Shown: positions 22,601 through 32,357, counted from the first letter of the stretch. The stretch: DNA of 64,000 nucleotides from an uncultured Acidimicrobiia bacterium (GCA_963786955.1 CAWBAT010000008.1:544001-608000); one strand, 5' to 3'. The notes: a model not told the origin generated them from the sequence alone. Translations and numbers: made by a program.

Positions 22601-22808
22601 AAAGCATGCAGGCATGCGGATCATCCATCCAGGCAATATCCTGGTGGCTGGAAGAGACAATATTTAAGGTTCCCCCATTGCTAAAGTAATTCCCCGACGT
22701 AGTAACCGGTTCTTCAGCCATCAGCCCCAATACACTGCCAATAAGCACACTGAGGATTATGAAACCGACTGTACCCGAGAACCCTTTCTTGAAGCCTGTT
22801 CGATCCAT
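19635..22808 (-). CDS. GH38 alpha-mannosidase with inserted F5/8 type C (CBM32-like) domain
   Basis: SHQDIAWM, NPDVPG and DHGWGG GH38 motifs; AIDGKW..RWVS..WLLIDFG discoidin motif; N-terminal signal; start likely 22808. Confidence 0.88.
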   Translation of the reverse strand: MDRTGFKKGFSGTVGFIILSVLIGSVLGLMAEEPVTTSGNYFSNGGTLNIVSSSHQDIAWMDDPHACMLFRVDNCITPALELMAKNKNYSFVMENMLNLMEFLEVHPEKKGEIERLTREGRLEWGATFNQPYESSISGEELIRETYFGRRWLKKNFPGCDAKVAFNPDVPGRSLQMQQILSKAGIPYLIISRYHEGLYRWLSPDGSSVIAYTPGHYGNPLFMLTAPPAEGVQAIAKKLGEQETYYQKRQLPPVYCLLNSQDFSRPTDFNALISLWNSQSAPAGVGEANRAAWKPATMQYSSAKGFFDQLAKGPGKPDVLMGERPDIWLYITGATHHEAFSAKREAAVLLPAAEIFNTVDSLLSGSFKKYPAAELSKAWMEEIYPDHGWGGKNGHITDELFKSKTQFARAEGQKMLDQALHNIAGRIKTLPQKGKPLHVFNALSWKRSGPVLVNVDTEAAGPNKLVDAEGHEVPFQLTSLNEPDEVNVASARMGAKAQASSAMGLNYGAEKAIDGKWSNLNTDRWVSSADAKAPHWLLIDFGQPRDIHKVVIRHEGSLGAYQDEEQFNTVDFNLQWANAAAGPWKDLVPTINGNSAVLTTHIFTPRKFQFLRLFVARGSARTNDQARIFEVEAFSKNTLKRQHLLFVASDVPSIGYKTYYLVPSQGTLKKPIPQEVAVPQVFENNFYRIKLVPGGIQSIHDKEYNKELLKTEKFLGAEVYTMQSEGNGAGEFPAVQQPTMKGFDKLSNHKPEWKQVESGPVRTVFAMEQVLPTCTIRQRLLVYQQIKQFDCELSILNWNGQKYREFRMALPVNVSAGTVAYEVPMGIVEVGKDEIPTTGGTAYKNMWGSLEYHEQCSKIRPREVQNFINVSDSGIGVTMSSSVVTFDYQDPTTNPVDYPVVSPILLASRKSCHGEGNWYLQPGDHHYQFSISSHAPGWRSGYRFGIQANHPLIVLEGGVPAVNASLPEEKSFFAVSSGNVLISTIKKAEDDENVVLRCYELEGQDTPAVFNSFVPFSSAEWTNIIEEEGKSLPVKGQSFDMKVGHYAIETLKLVPTLK

Positions 22809-23094
22809 TTGGCTGATCTCCTCGCTTATTCTTTTTTCAATATGGAAAGCTGGTATATTCGATGGAAGGCCTGACAACAACCATGCTTGAACGCTGAATT
22901 TCCGCTTACTTCGCAACCACTCAGCATCCCGGGAGGAAACGCCCAGCGCCAGAAGTCGCTAACCCCTGCAACACTTGCGGGCGCGACGTGCTCTTCGCTC
23001 TGCCCCATCTTCTCATGCGCTGCCGAGGGAGAAAGACCGAAGTTCTGAATCACTGTCTTTTTGAAACTCCGTGGATTGATGCAAAGAGGTTAAT

Positions 23095-24150
23095 CTAAGA
23101 TCGGGCAATCAAAAAATTCCCATATCCAATCAGGACCATGGCAATAATCATCAACAACAGGCTGCATCCCATGATCCGGACGGGCTGTTTCCCCGAATTC
23201 TTCCACTCGCCTGTAACAAATCCGCCGATATTGGAACTGATTACCATGCTGCCGATGAACAGCGCCCATCCAATGGAGGGGCCGAGTTTGCCCAGCATCG
23301 GTTCGGAGATGGCCACGCCCCATAAGGCGACACTGCCGGAGTACATCACTCCTGTAAAAAGAATCATGAGCCAATAAGTACGGGAGAAGGGGTGCCAGTA
23401 ACGATTCATGGTGTTATTCTTCTTCAAGAGATAAAGACAATAAGCAACATTTGGGATAGCTCCGCCCAGCAGGACGAGCGCTAAAACCGCATTGGAGGCC
23501 GACGAAGAGCTTGCCTTTCCGAACTGAATAGCAGCATTGCGGATCGACACGGCCCACTCCATGTTCATTCCCAGAGAGAGAAATCCCGAAAGAACACCAC
23601 CCGCAATCGCCAATACCATCCCAGTCAAAGCCGATTTCTTCACTTGGTCGCCAATTCCCGTTGTATTCAGGCCCGCTTGAGCTTTTTCCTTGAGCCGTCC
23701 AGCTTTCACGCTCAAAATCAGAGTGGCCAACAGGGAGACCACACCGGCCACAATCAAATTTCCCCCGCTGGTGCCTAATGTTTGAGGATTAAAAAGGGCA
23801 ATGGGTAGGAATACTCCTACTACGCTCATACTGCCTACCAACAACGCAAAGCTGAGCGCGGTTCCAATGTACCCAAGCGAAATGCCGAACATTAGAGAAC
23901 CGCTGTACGCAGCGGCTCCCCATACCAAGGCCAGAATCAAGTGCTCCGGAGCAACCGTCGAAAAGGCCAACTTTAAATCCGGCACACTCAGGAAAGCAAT
24001 CAACCAGGGGAATATGACCAGCGATAGCAAGCTGAACGAAAGCCAGTTATTCTCCCAGGCCCAGCGCCTATTGATCTTCATGGGCAAAGCAAACAATCCA
24101 TTAATGGCTCCCGCCAGGACGGCTAGCGCAAGTCCAGTTCCTAGATTCAT
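23095..24150 (-). CDS. L-rhamnose/H+ symporter RhaT family transporter
   Basis: PMKINRRWAWENNW N-terminus, NVAYCLYLLKKN, GEWK; about 10 TM segments. Confidence 0.85.
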   Translation of the reverse strand: MNLGTGLALAVLAGAINGLFALPMKINRRWAWENNWLSFSLLSLVIFPWLIAFLSVPDLKLAFSTVAPEHLILALVWGAAAYSGSLMFGISLGYIGTALSFALLVGSMSVVGVFLPIALFNPQTLGTSGGNLIVAGVVSLLATLILSVKAGRLKEKAQAGLNTTGIGDQVKKSALTGMVLAIAGGVLSGFLSLGMNMEWAVSIRNAAIQFGKASSSSASNAVLALVLLGGAIPNVAYCLYLLKKNNTMNRYWHPFSRTYWLMILFTGVMYSGSVALWGVAISEPMLGKLGPSIGWALFIGSMVISSNIGGFVTGEWKNSGKQPVRIMGCSLLLMIIAMVLIGYGNFLIARS

Positions 24151-24791
24151 CTAATCCCCCATCCGCATGGGCGGCCTTGTAGTTTGAGTTCGCTTCAAAA
24201 AGAGTTTTCGAAGCCATCGGCATACAGCGTACTTCTTTATCATTTTCGGCCTTCAAATCTAAAGGCGATCCAGGTTTGTGTTCAAGTGGATATTTCCCGA
24301 AAACAAATGTCACTCCATGAAATGGTTCGGGGCTGGAAAGACAAGTAGAATTAACTCACCATAGCTTACACCCATCCTTCTTCTCCCTCAAATGACCTTT
24401 TCTCGTTCTCTAATACCCTCTACACGTTCGACGCGATTAGGTCGTTTGAGCGCGGGCGGAAAGGAATGAACCGGGCCCGATTGTTGAACAGAGCTAAGAC
24501 TTGTTCCGATGTAACGTAGTCGGAATTTGGCCGAGCCCAATTGCGGGTCACCAAAAGCGCGAGACCGTAAGCTGTGGCGTCGCCGCCCTTTCAACCTTCT
24601 TTCCATTCGAGGGAGGGGCGGCTCCTGGGTAGTGGGGCGCTTCGTTCGAACACGCCGATGTTTTCGAGGTGTCAACCCGTTGAGAATGCCCTGCTCCGGT
24701 TACTGGCGCCACACGATCTGTACTGGAGTCTCATGGGTGGTTTAAGGCACAATGGGGTGCTGTTGCAGAGATCAAGGAAAGGAGAAATTTA

Positions 24792-25583
24792 ATGTTTTTC
24801 AGAATCATCGTGGTATTGTTTGCCAGCGTTGCGCTCGCGCAGGCCCAGACGCCGAGCGAAAAGGCCTGGAAGATTCTTCAAGAAGGGGCGGCCGACAAGA
24901 GTTCCGAAAAACGCACTAAGGTCATGAACGCCCTTGCCCTGTTGACGGATAACGAAAAGGCGCGTCAGATGGCGGAGACCGGCCTCACGGATGAGAAACC
25001 CGAGGTGCGAGCTGCGGCAGCCTTAGCCTTAGGACAACAGGGATCGGCCAAATCTATTCCCAAACTAAAGAAAGCTCTTAAAGATACGCAAGCCGAAGTA
25101 GTTTTTGCCGCGACGAACGCCCTGTTTCTTCTCAAGGATCCCGTTGCTTTCCAAATCTATTACGCGGTCCTGATGGGCGAAAGGAAGACTGGTGAAGGGC
25201 TGGTGGAGTCTCAAATGAAGATGCTAAAAGACCCAAAGGCCATGTCCAAGTTGGGTGTGGAAGTGGGGATCGGGTTTATCCCATTCGGCGGGGTTGGCTA
25301 TAAAGTTTTTAAGACTACGACTCGTGACGACACATCCCCCGTTCGGGCGGCTGCGGCCCAAAAGCTGGCCAAGGATCCCGACCCGAGAAGCGGAGAAGCA
25401 TTGGCCAAGACAACAGCAGATCCCAAGTGGCTCGTGCGCGCGGCCGTAGTCAATGCGATCGCAAAGAGGGACGATCCGGCTCTGCTCAGCGCGGTGACTC
25501 CGTTGTTGGATGACGAAAATGACACCGTCAAGAATGTTGCGGCCGCCGCAGTCATCCGGTTGAGCACCAAGCGTAAGCGATAG
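24792..25583 (+). CDS. Exported HEAT-repeat protein
   Basis: Signal peptide ALAQA; repeated VRAAAA/LALG HEAT motifs; GGAG RBS. Confidence 0.85.
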   Translation: MFFRIIVVLFASVALAQAQTPSEKAWKILQEGAADKSSEKRTKVMNALALLTDNEKARQMAETGLTDEKPEVRAAAALALGQQGSAKSIPKLKKALKDTQAEVVFAATNALFLLKDPVAFQIYYAVLMGERKTGEGLVESQMKMLKDPKAMSKLGVEVGIGFIPFGGVGYKVFKTTTRDDTSPVRAAAAQKLAKDPDPRSGEALAKTTADPKWLVRAAVVNAIAKRDDPALLSAVTPLLDDENDTVKNVAAAAVIRLSTKRKR

Positions 25584-25664
25584 AGACCAGGAATCGAAGA
25601 AGTTCAAATAAGTCGAACTGTCTTTCTTTTGACATCCTAAGACACAGTTTTGTGGGAGTAGACA

Positions 25665-27944
25665 ATGAAACACCTTATTCTGATTCTTGTAACACTTGCA
25701 ATGTCGGGAAAGATCCTCTCAGACAGTCCAAGAAGTTCATCCAACCTGGCGGACCTTCCTGACCCGCTGGTGGGCACGGATTCGAAGTACGAATTGTCTC
25801 ACGGGAATACATTCCCGGCCGTCTTTATTCCGTTTGGCATGTCCAATTGGACGCCCGAAACAGGGGAGGGAGGCTGGCCGTATCAGTATTCGAAGAATGT
25901 GATTCGCGGGATCCGCTCGACGCATCGACCATCCGCCTGGATGACGGACTACGGCCCATTTTCTCTGATGCCGGTCACCGGGAAACTGAAGGTCTTGCCG
26001 GAAAAGCGCGCGTCTCGGTTTCAGCATCAAGACGAAGATGCGCGCGCGTATCGATACAGCGTTTTCCTTCAAGACTACCAGGTTCGCGCGGAAGTGACGC
26101 CGTCGGTCCATGGCGGGATGTTACGCTTTACTTTTCCGAAGACCGATCAAGCCTACGTTATTCTCGATGCGAATCCGGGCGGTAGTTCCATCCAGATTCA
26201 TCCGGAAAGCAATACCATTACCGGCAGGAATTCCCATACATCAAAAGGAACGGCATCGAATTTCGCGTTGTATTTCGTCGCCGCTTTCGATCGCAAGTTC
26301 ACTACCCAAGGGACCTGGGACGAATCCGGCGCCACAGACAACAACCGTGAACGTTCCGGTAATCATGTTGGAGCCTACGTAGGCTTCTCGACTCGCGAAG
26401 GAGAGGCGGTGTCGGTCCGGGTCGGAACTTCGCTGATCAGCTTGGAGCAGGCCGAGCGAAACTTACAATCAGAAATTCCTGAGCCTGATTTTGACGGGCT
26501 CGTGGCCCGCGCTCGGGCAGAATGGGAGCGCGAACTTAGCAGGATCGAGATTCGGGGTGGTTCGGAGGCCCAAAGGAGAACTTTCTATACAGCCCTGTAT
26601 CACGCATTCCAATTCCCGAGGATGCTGACGGAAACGGATGCGAACGGAATGGCTGTCCATTACAGTCCCTATGACGGAAAAGTTCATCCCGGTCCGATGT
26701 TTTCGGATACGGGATTCTGGGATACCTTCCGAGCGGAGTTTCCTCTGCTCACAATCGTGCAGCCCAAGAAAGATGCCGAAATTATCCGGGCAATGCTGAA
26801 TGTCTATGACGAGGGCGGCTGGATTTCGAAGTGGGCGAACCCGGCGGAAACCAACGTGATGATTGGTACGCATGGCGATTCGGTAATTGCAGACGCCTAC
26901 ATCAAGGGAATTCGGGATTATGATGTCCATAAGGCCTACGCGGCAATCCGGAAGAATGCGACGGAGAAGGGGACCGGGATATTCGACGCCCGTACCGGCA
27001 TTGAAGATTATCTGAGGCTCGGCTATGTTCCTGCGGACAAAGTGAAAGAATCCGCGGCTTCAACGCTGGAGTATGCATACGACGATTATTGTGTTGCACA
27101 GATGGCGCGAGCCCTCGGAAAGCAAGATGACTATGCTACTTTCCTCCAGCACTCAAAAAACTACCGCAATCTTTTTGACGCTTCAACCGGCTTCATGCGA
27201 GGTCGCAACAGCGACGGCAAATGGGTGGAGCCTTTCGATCCGTTGGCATGGGGCGGCGTTTACACCGAGGGCAATGCCTGGCAGTGGCTCTGGTCGGTAC
27301 AGCAGGACATTCCTGGGTTGATCCAGCTCCTCGGGGGCAGAGACGGCTTTATCCAGAAACTGGATACTCTCTTCAGTACGACCAATGAGTTCAAGGTAGG
27401 GGGGTATGGTCAGGTTATTCACGAAATGACCGAAGCGAAAATGCAGAACATGGGGCAGTATGCGCACATCAATGAGCCCGTGCATCATGTGATCTATTTA
27501 TACGACTACGTCGGCCAGCCCTGGAAAACGCAGAAGTGGGCACACGAGGTAATGGACAAGCTCTACAAGCCAGGACCGGACGGCTGGCTGGGTGATGAGG
27601 ACAACGGTCAAACCTCTTCCTGGTACATCTTCAGCGCTCTGGGATTGTATCCCGTGACGCCTGGACAACCGGTCTATGCGCTCGGCAGCCCGCTCTTCGA
27701 TCGCGCTACTCTTCATCTGGAGAATGGGAAGACGTTTACCGTAGAGGCAGCCAAAGACAGCCCCACAGACATTTATGTTCAGTCTGTAAGCCTCAACGGG
27801 CAAGCCTTGGATAGACCTTGGATCACACACTTCGAGATCATGAATGGAGGAGTCTTACGCTTCCGCTTGGGACCGTTACCCAACAAGTCTTGGGGGGTAT
27901 CAGGAATGCCTTCTCCGGACCAGCCATTTACGCCACATGGGTAG
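25665..27944 (+). CDS. GH92 alpha-1,2-mannosidase
   Basis: HGNTFP..PFGM, WDTFR, STLEYAYDD, TEGNAWQW, HINEP, GDEDNGQ. Confidence 0.95.
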   Translation: MKHLILILVTLAMSGKILSDSPRSSSNLADLPDPLVGTDSKYELSHGNTFPAVFIPFGMSNWTPETGEGGWPYQYSKNVIRGIRSTHRPSAWMTDYGPFSLMPVTGKLKVLPEKRASRFQHQDEDARAYRYSVFLQDYQVRAEVTPSVHGGMLRFTFPKTDQAYVILDANPGGSSIQIHPESNTITGRNSHTSKGTASNFALYFVAAFDRKFTTQGTWDESGATDNNRERSGNHVGAYVGFSTREGEAVSVRVGTSLISLEQAERNLQSEIPEPDFDGLVARARAEWERELSRIEIRGGSEAQRRTFYTALYHAFQFPRMLTETDANGMAVHYSPYDGKVHPGPMFSDTGFWDTFRAEFPLLTIVQPKKDAEIIRAMLNVYDEGGWISKWANPAETNVMIGTHGDSVIADAYIKGIRDYDVHKAYAAIRKNATEKGTGIFDARTGIEDYLRLGYVPADKVKESAASTLEYAYDDYCVAQMARALGKQDDYATFLQHSKNYRNLFDASTGFMRGRNSDGKWVEPFDPLAWGGVYTEGNAWQWLWSVQQDIPGLIQLLGGRDGFIQKLDTLFSTTNEFKVGGYGQVIHEMTEAKMQNMGQYAHINEPVHHVIYLYDYVGQPWKTQKWAHEVMDKLYKPGPDGWLGDEDNGQTSSWYIFSALGLYPVTPGQPVYALGSPLFDRATLHLENGKTFTVEAAKDSPTDIYVQSVSLNGQALDRPWITHFEIMNGGVLRFRLGPLPNKSWGVSGMPSPDQPFTPHG

Positions 27945-28351
27945 GAAGTAAAGAGCCCGAACGACTTGAACTGCCATAGCTTACACTCGTCAATCTTCTC
28001 CCGCAAATTACCATTGCTTATCCTGTCTGTGGCGAATTGATACGGTGATCAATTCTGCTGCTCACAACCTTACGAAAGGGTGGGAATGGCCGCATTGCAG
28101 GCCGTCGGAACTGCTAAAAAATAAAGAGGACACACGAGCAGGGAATCGGGTGTATAGTGTGATGCACATGGGTTGAGAAAATTGAAATACTGGTTGCTAC
28201 GGCGCGGAGTCGCTATTGATCTCCAGGATGAGTTGCATCAACTTGTTGAGATCAATATCGATTCGCCATTTTTGAACCAGTCTTTCATCCGCTCAAGGAA
28301 GCCTTATCCGCCAATTTTGGCGAAAGAACAACTTAAACTCAATTACGGAGG

Positions 28352-29188
28352 ATGAAAATCATGAAAAGGAAATCGGGCAGGGTTCTCACAGGGCTGTGCG
28401 CACTCGCGCTGGCCGCCTTCTGGGCTGCGCCGGCGTGCGGGCAAATGGCAGAGGTAAAGGAAAAACCACCAATGTACTCGTATGTCGGCTATTGGAATAT
28501 TCCCCGTTCGCAGTGGGCGGAGATTGAAAAGTCAAACGCTGCCAACAAGAATATCCTGGATAAGGCCATCGCCAACGGGACCCTTGTGGGATATGGCTTC
28601 GATATGAATTTAGTTCACCAGATCGACGGTTCGACTCACGACGATTGGTGGTCGGCAATGTCCATGGCCGGCGTACTCAACGTGCTGGACCAGTTCTACA
28701 AGTCCGGTAGTCCCACTTCTCCTGTTCTTGCCAGTGCCACGAAACACATGGACTGCATTTTCGTCAGCCGGTATTACAACTGGCATTCTGGATCCTGGAA
28801 AGATTTATACACGCACGGAGCGTCTTTTAAAATAAAGCCGAATGCGCCAGATAACGCGCTGGATGTGCTCAGCAAGAACCTGTTCGTACCGATGATGGAG
28901 AAACTGCTTGCCGACGGCACGATTCACGAGTACGAAATCGACACAGAAGCGATCCACACTGAAGCGCCTGGCTCGTTTTGGCTTTTTTACCTGGCTGCGA
29001 ACGCGGAAGGCTTAGACAAGGTTGCTGCGGCCATCCAGGGTGCCATGAAGACAAATCCACTGAGCGGCCCGGCATTTGATACCTTAGTAGACTTTACGGC
29101 GCATCGCGATATTCTGGCTCGCACAACGCCACATACAAATAAATCCCTAGGCTGTCTTCCCTCTCTGCGGGCGACCCGAGCATTGTAG
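28352..29188 (+). CDS. Exported hypothetical protein
   Basis: GGAGG RBS and signal peptide; two-domain pattern; a probable 1-bp deletion near 29122 would end it at TAA 29140-29142. Confidence 0.7.
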   Translation: MKIMKRKSGRVLTGLCALALAAFWAAPACGQMAEVKEKPPMYSYVGYWNIPRSQWAEIEKSNAANKNILDKAIANGTLVGYGFDMNLVHQIDGSTHDDWWSAMSMAGVLNVLDQFYKSGSPTSPVLASATKHMDCIFVSRYYNWHSGSWKDLYTHGASFKIKPNAPDNALDVLSKNLFVPMMEKLLADGTIHEYEIDTEAIHTEAPGSFWLFYLAANAEGLDKVAAAIQGAMKTNPLSGPAFDTLVDFTAHRDILARTTPHTNKSLGCLPSLRATRAL

Positions 29189-29685
29189 GGCCGCGCGCAG
29201 ACTGCTCTGTGCTTTCCGGCATGGAGGAGCAAGACTCCGCAAAAAACCGTAATAGCTAAATCATCGAATTTCACGCGCCCGTGTGGAACTCTGCTCCACG
29301 CTAACCCGGGTTTCTCACCACCGGGGGAAAACAGACACAGTAGAGTAGCGAAACCATTCGAATTCAGAGCTCCTCGGTAACGGGGGGGCACGCTGCGGCG
29401 AGCGTTTCCTACAAACAGTTCAACAATTTCTTATCCCCCCTTTTTCCCCCTTTACAATGTCACTCTGAACTTCACTTGATTTCCAGGTAGCTTGCTCCCG
29501 TCTAGCCCTCTTCTTCCGCCGAGAACTTCCTGCACAATCTCGCAAAGATGATGCGGCGCAATTATTACAGCTCGTCAGGGCAAGAAAAGGGAACCCAAGA
29601 GATGTCGTCCTGTTGACAGCGACGCGGAGAAGGCAAATAATAAAGCATAGTAAGACAATTAAGATAGATCAAGCGGGAGGTGTCT

Positions 29686-30174
29686 ATGTTCTCCGGCAAA
29701 TTGGTTGATACTATTGTCAAGCATTCCGACGACATCATGCGGCTCGTCATCAAGCGTATCAGGGAGGATCCTGACCTGAAGTACATCGGCTCTCTCTCTG
29801 ATGCGGAACTCCTGGAGCGGGGGCACCATATCCTGGAAAGGATGGAGATGTGGCTGAATCCGGCTAAACGAAAAGTGCTGGAGAGGGATTACGAGGAACT
29901 GGGAAGACGGCGCTTCGAACAGTCGGTTCCTTTACACGAATCGGTGCGGGCATTGCTTCTGATCAGAAGTCAGGCCATCGAATACGTCTTCCAGCAGGGT
30001 TTTGACCAGAGTTCATTGGAAATCCATGCTGAGCGTGAATTGGAACACTGGCTGGCCAATTTTTTCGATTTCCTGGTCTACCATCTGGTCAAAGGCTACG
30101 AAGCCGCACTTCGTGAGTTGCCGTCGGTTCCTTCAACACCCCATCACGAACCTTATCCTTTCTGGGTGCCGTAA
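29686..30174 (+). CDS. Small helical protein, RsbRD N-terminal/globin-like
   Basis: GGGAGG RBS; YEELGRRRFEQSVPLHE and FFDFLVYHLVKGYE pattern. Confidence 0.6.
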   Translation: MFSGKLVDTIVKHSDDIMRLVIKRIREDPDLKYIGSLSDAELLERGHHILERMEMWLNPAKRKVLERDYEELGRRRFEQSVPLHESVRALLLIRSQAIEYVFQQGFDQSSLEIHAERELEHWLANFFDFLVYHLVKGYEAALRELPSVPSTPHHEPYPFWVP

Positions 30175-30305
30175 GTCAGGACTGCGATATCAGAAATTTG
30201 ATGATGTATCGCAAGAAGCGGCGCCGCGTGAGGTTGGGGCATTGAGAAAGCCCCCTGGAGTTTGGACGTTTTGGAGTGCAGTAGCTTGCTACCGCTTTCT
30301 GGATC

Positions 30306-30460
30306 ACAGCACGCGTAGCGCAGACGCGAAGTCCCCCTTCGAAGGGGGTGCCGCTTTGCGGCGGGGGATGTAAAGGGTAAGTGGCATTGAATATTGCAGG
30401 TCTCATACTGCAGCTTTTAAAGCCGCAGAGGCAGAAAGCACCTCTGCGCTACGACCTCTA
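30306..30460. repeat. REP doublet (GTAG-CGCAGAC family), near-identical to 42091-42243
   Basis: GTAGCGCAGAC ... CGCAGAGGC-AGAAAG-CACCTCTGCGCTAC; related copies at 38114-38270 and 41798-41910. Confidence 0.85.
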
Positions 30461-30491
30461 CTGCACCCAATCTATTCTGACCATGAATTCC

Positions 30492-30720
30492 CTAGCCAGT
30501 TTCTGTCGCGAAGTTCGGCAATAACGTTCCCCTCCTTGGTTAAGGAGGGGCAGCCGCAGCTACAGGCAACGGCGGGGTGGTTCGAACAATCCTGGAAAGG
30601 CCAAGCAATTATCGGTATTGCGAGAACGCGCAGCGCGCCTGCCGCACGGCGCGCCACAACCCCTCCTCAGCCGAGGAGGGGAGTATTCATGCAACCCTGC
30701 AGTTTCGCGACAAAAGCTAG
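30492..30720. mobile_element. CTAG-bounded MITE-like element containing CCCCTCC/GGAGGGG hairpin repeats
   Basis: Imperfect inverted ends CTAGCCAGTTTCTGTCGCGAA / TTCGCGACAAAAGCTAG; the internal hairpin also occurs near 49080. Confidence 0.55.
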
Positions 30721-30750
30721 TTACAGGGATTCAATTTCTCTATTTGATAG

Positions 30751-30780
30751 TTAAGTGTCGGATTCCCCATTTGTGTGACA
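30751..30780 (-). promoter_or_regulatory. Putative ECF promoter, orphan copy (TGTCACA-N17-ACTTAA)
   Basis: Same motif and spacing as 32306-32335 and 32881-32910. Confidence 0.6.
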
Positions 30781-30899
30781 GCGCGGGGGAGATTAGTTCT
30801 TGGTAGACTGCTGCGTTGTCCGTTTCCAGAATTCGCAACTGAGCAGCGTTCTCCGCACTGGCTCCTAACTCACAATTCTCATCACGAATTGGATTTCCT

Positions 30900-31152
30900 G
30901 GGAGCGCGGGCGTCCCGCCCGCAGTGGCGCCCTTTTAGGCCGCTTGGGGGCAGGTGAGGACGCCTGCACTACAAGTTCGTAGTACCGCCTTCAGGCGGTG
31001 ATGTTCCGGACCGGCTAAAGCCGGGACTACAAACGTGCACAAATGTCCAAACTCCAAGCGCAGGCTTCCAGCCTGCGTCTTGCCGCATTTAACCCGACCT
31101 GCTACGAGCAACGGGAAGGGACAGAGCCGGCAAGATGCCGGCGTTCTCAGGG
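30900..31152. repeat. Cluster of REP-like palindromes (GGAG/GTAG/GTGG types)
   Basis: GGAGCGCGGGCGTCCCGCCCGC..GACGCCTGCACTAC; homologous blocks at 46286-46402 (inverted) and 49168-49297. Confidence 0.8.
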
Positions 31153-31212
31153 GATGCCAGTCGTTGATTGTGCCGGGACTATGCTGCGGGTTTTTAGAGA
31201 ATTGATTGAGGA

Positions 31213-31236
31213 GAAGGGGGCTGTGAAGCCCCCTTC
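31213..31236 (-). terminator. Hairpin downstream of the secreted protein gene
   Basis: GAAGGGGGCT-GTGA-AGCCCCCTTC perfect stem; weak U tract. Confidence 0.45.
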
Positions 31237-31307
31237 TGCCGATGTGATAGGCGATTTCGATTTAAGTCGTGTGTCCCGGAATTACGGCGCTCGCAGCGGG
31301 TTAACCC

Positions 31308-32108
31308 TTACGGCTTGGTGACCGTAATCTTGAACGGCATCTTGTATTTGCCATATACGTAGGTCGTGCCGCCATTTGGAGTGTTGAGGAGATCGGCCCA
31401 CTCGCCGTTGCCAAGTGAATAATCAAAATCTCCACTCGGCGTCGTATAGTCGGAGAAAATGTAGGCTTGGTCGTCGGGTTCGAGTATCCACGTGTTCGCG
31501 TTGGGGTGATAAACCTTTATGAGAGCAGTGTCGTTCGCGAGTTGGCTCGATCCATCTACAGGTGAGTTCTGGAATCGGAGGCCATAGCTCCCAGCCAATC
31601 CAAAGCCGACATTCCTTCTGGCGAAGTACCCCCCACCATCCGAACTGCAAGGGGCGTAATTATCTTGTCGGTTACCATCTGAATTTAGCGCCACAATTTT
31701 GCCGTCTGTGCTCCTCACCACGCCTCCATTGCACCAGTTGGTATAAGCTGTACCTCCATCCGTAACGGGCACGCTGGCAATCCGATCGAAGTTGAAATCC
31801 CAGGCAGTCGTAGTCCCTATCGGAAGACCGATGACGTTGATTTTGCGATTCGAGGCACCAGTACCCAGGTTCATCACAAGGTCGTAGGTACAGTTGCTAA
31901 CCTGGAACGCAAGACTGGTTTTGCTAGTATTAACGTATGGGCCTTTCCCGTCAGAGAGGATGCTGTTGCCAGCGGAACCATCGATGGTAACCGTTAGGCT
32001 CGTAACGTCCCCACCGGGGCAGGAAACCGGCTTCCCGGCTTTGGCGGAAACAGCGGGGATCAAAGTGAAGGCAGCAAGACTTACGGCAAGAAGCAAACTT
32101 TTTCTCAT
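31308..32108 (-). CDS. Secreted hypothetical protein, divergent from the ECF sigma gene
   Basis: AAGGAG RBS, signal peptide MRKSLLLAVSLAAFTLIPAVSA, Gly/Thr/Asn-rich beta-type sequence, 4 Cys. Confidence 0.85.
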   Translation of the reverse strand: MRKSLLLAVSLAAFTLIPAVSAKAGKPVSCPGGDVTSLTVTIDGSAGNSILSDGKGPYVNTSKTSLAFQVSNCTYDLVMNLGTGASNRKINVIGLPIGTTTAWDFNFDRIASVPVTDGGTAYTNWCNGGVVRSTDGKIVALNSDGNRQDNYAPCSSDGGGYFARRNVGFGLAGSYGLRFQNSPVDGSSQLANDTALIKVYHPNANTWILEPDDQAYIFSDYTTPSGDFDYSLGNGEWADLLNTPNGGTTYVYGKYKMPFKITVTKP

Positions 32109-32305
32109 GGTGGTTCTCCTTAAATGGAATTCAAAAGTGAAGGATAGATTCTGAGCTTCGGTTCTTACTTTATTGAGAACGGTTTCGTATCACCCCAATT
32201 TCTCCTTTCCCCAAGTGATTGGTTTCATAGCTCACTGAGCAAAGACATGTGCTAACATTAATTAAAAGCTTACAGGTACGACGCTGATTTCCCTGTGTAT
32301 GATAG

Positions 32306-32335
32306 TTAAGTAACCGATCCCCCGTTTTTGTGACA
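32306..32335 (-). promoter_or_regulatory. Putative ECF promoter driving the secreted protein gene
   Basis: TGTCACA-N17-ACTTAA on the minus strand about 200 bp upstream of ATG 32108. Confidence 0.7.
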
Positions 32336-32357
32336 GCGCGGAGAAGAATATTTTCTT

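Noticed and set aside
30176-31321. Short ORFs in the repeat clusters (also 41693-42191, 46235-46726, 48908-49616, 51909-52351)
   Set aside because: They are translations of GC-rich REP palindromes with no protein-like motifs
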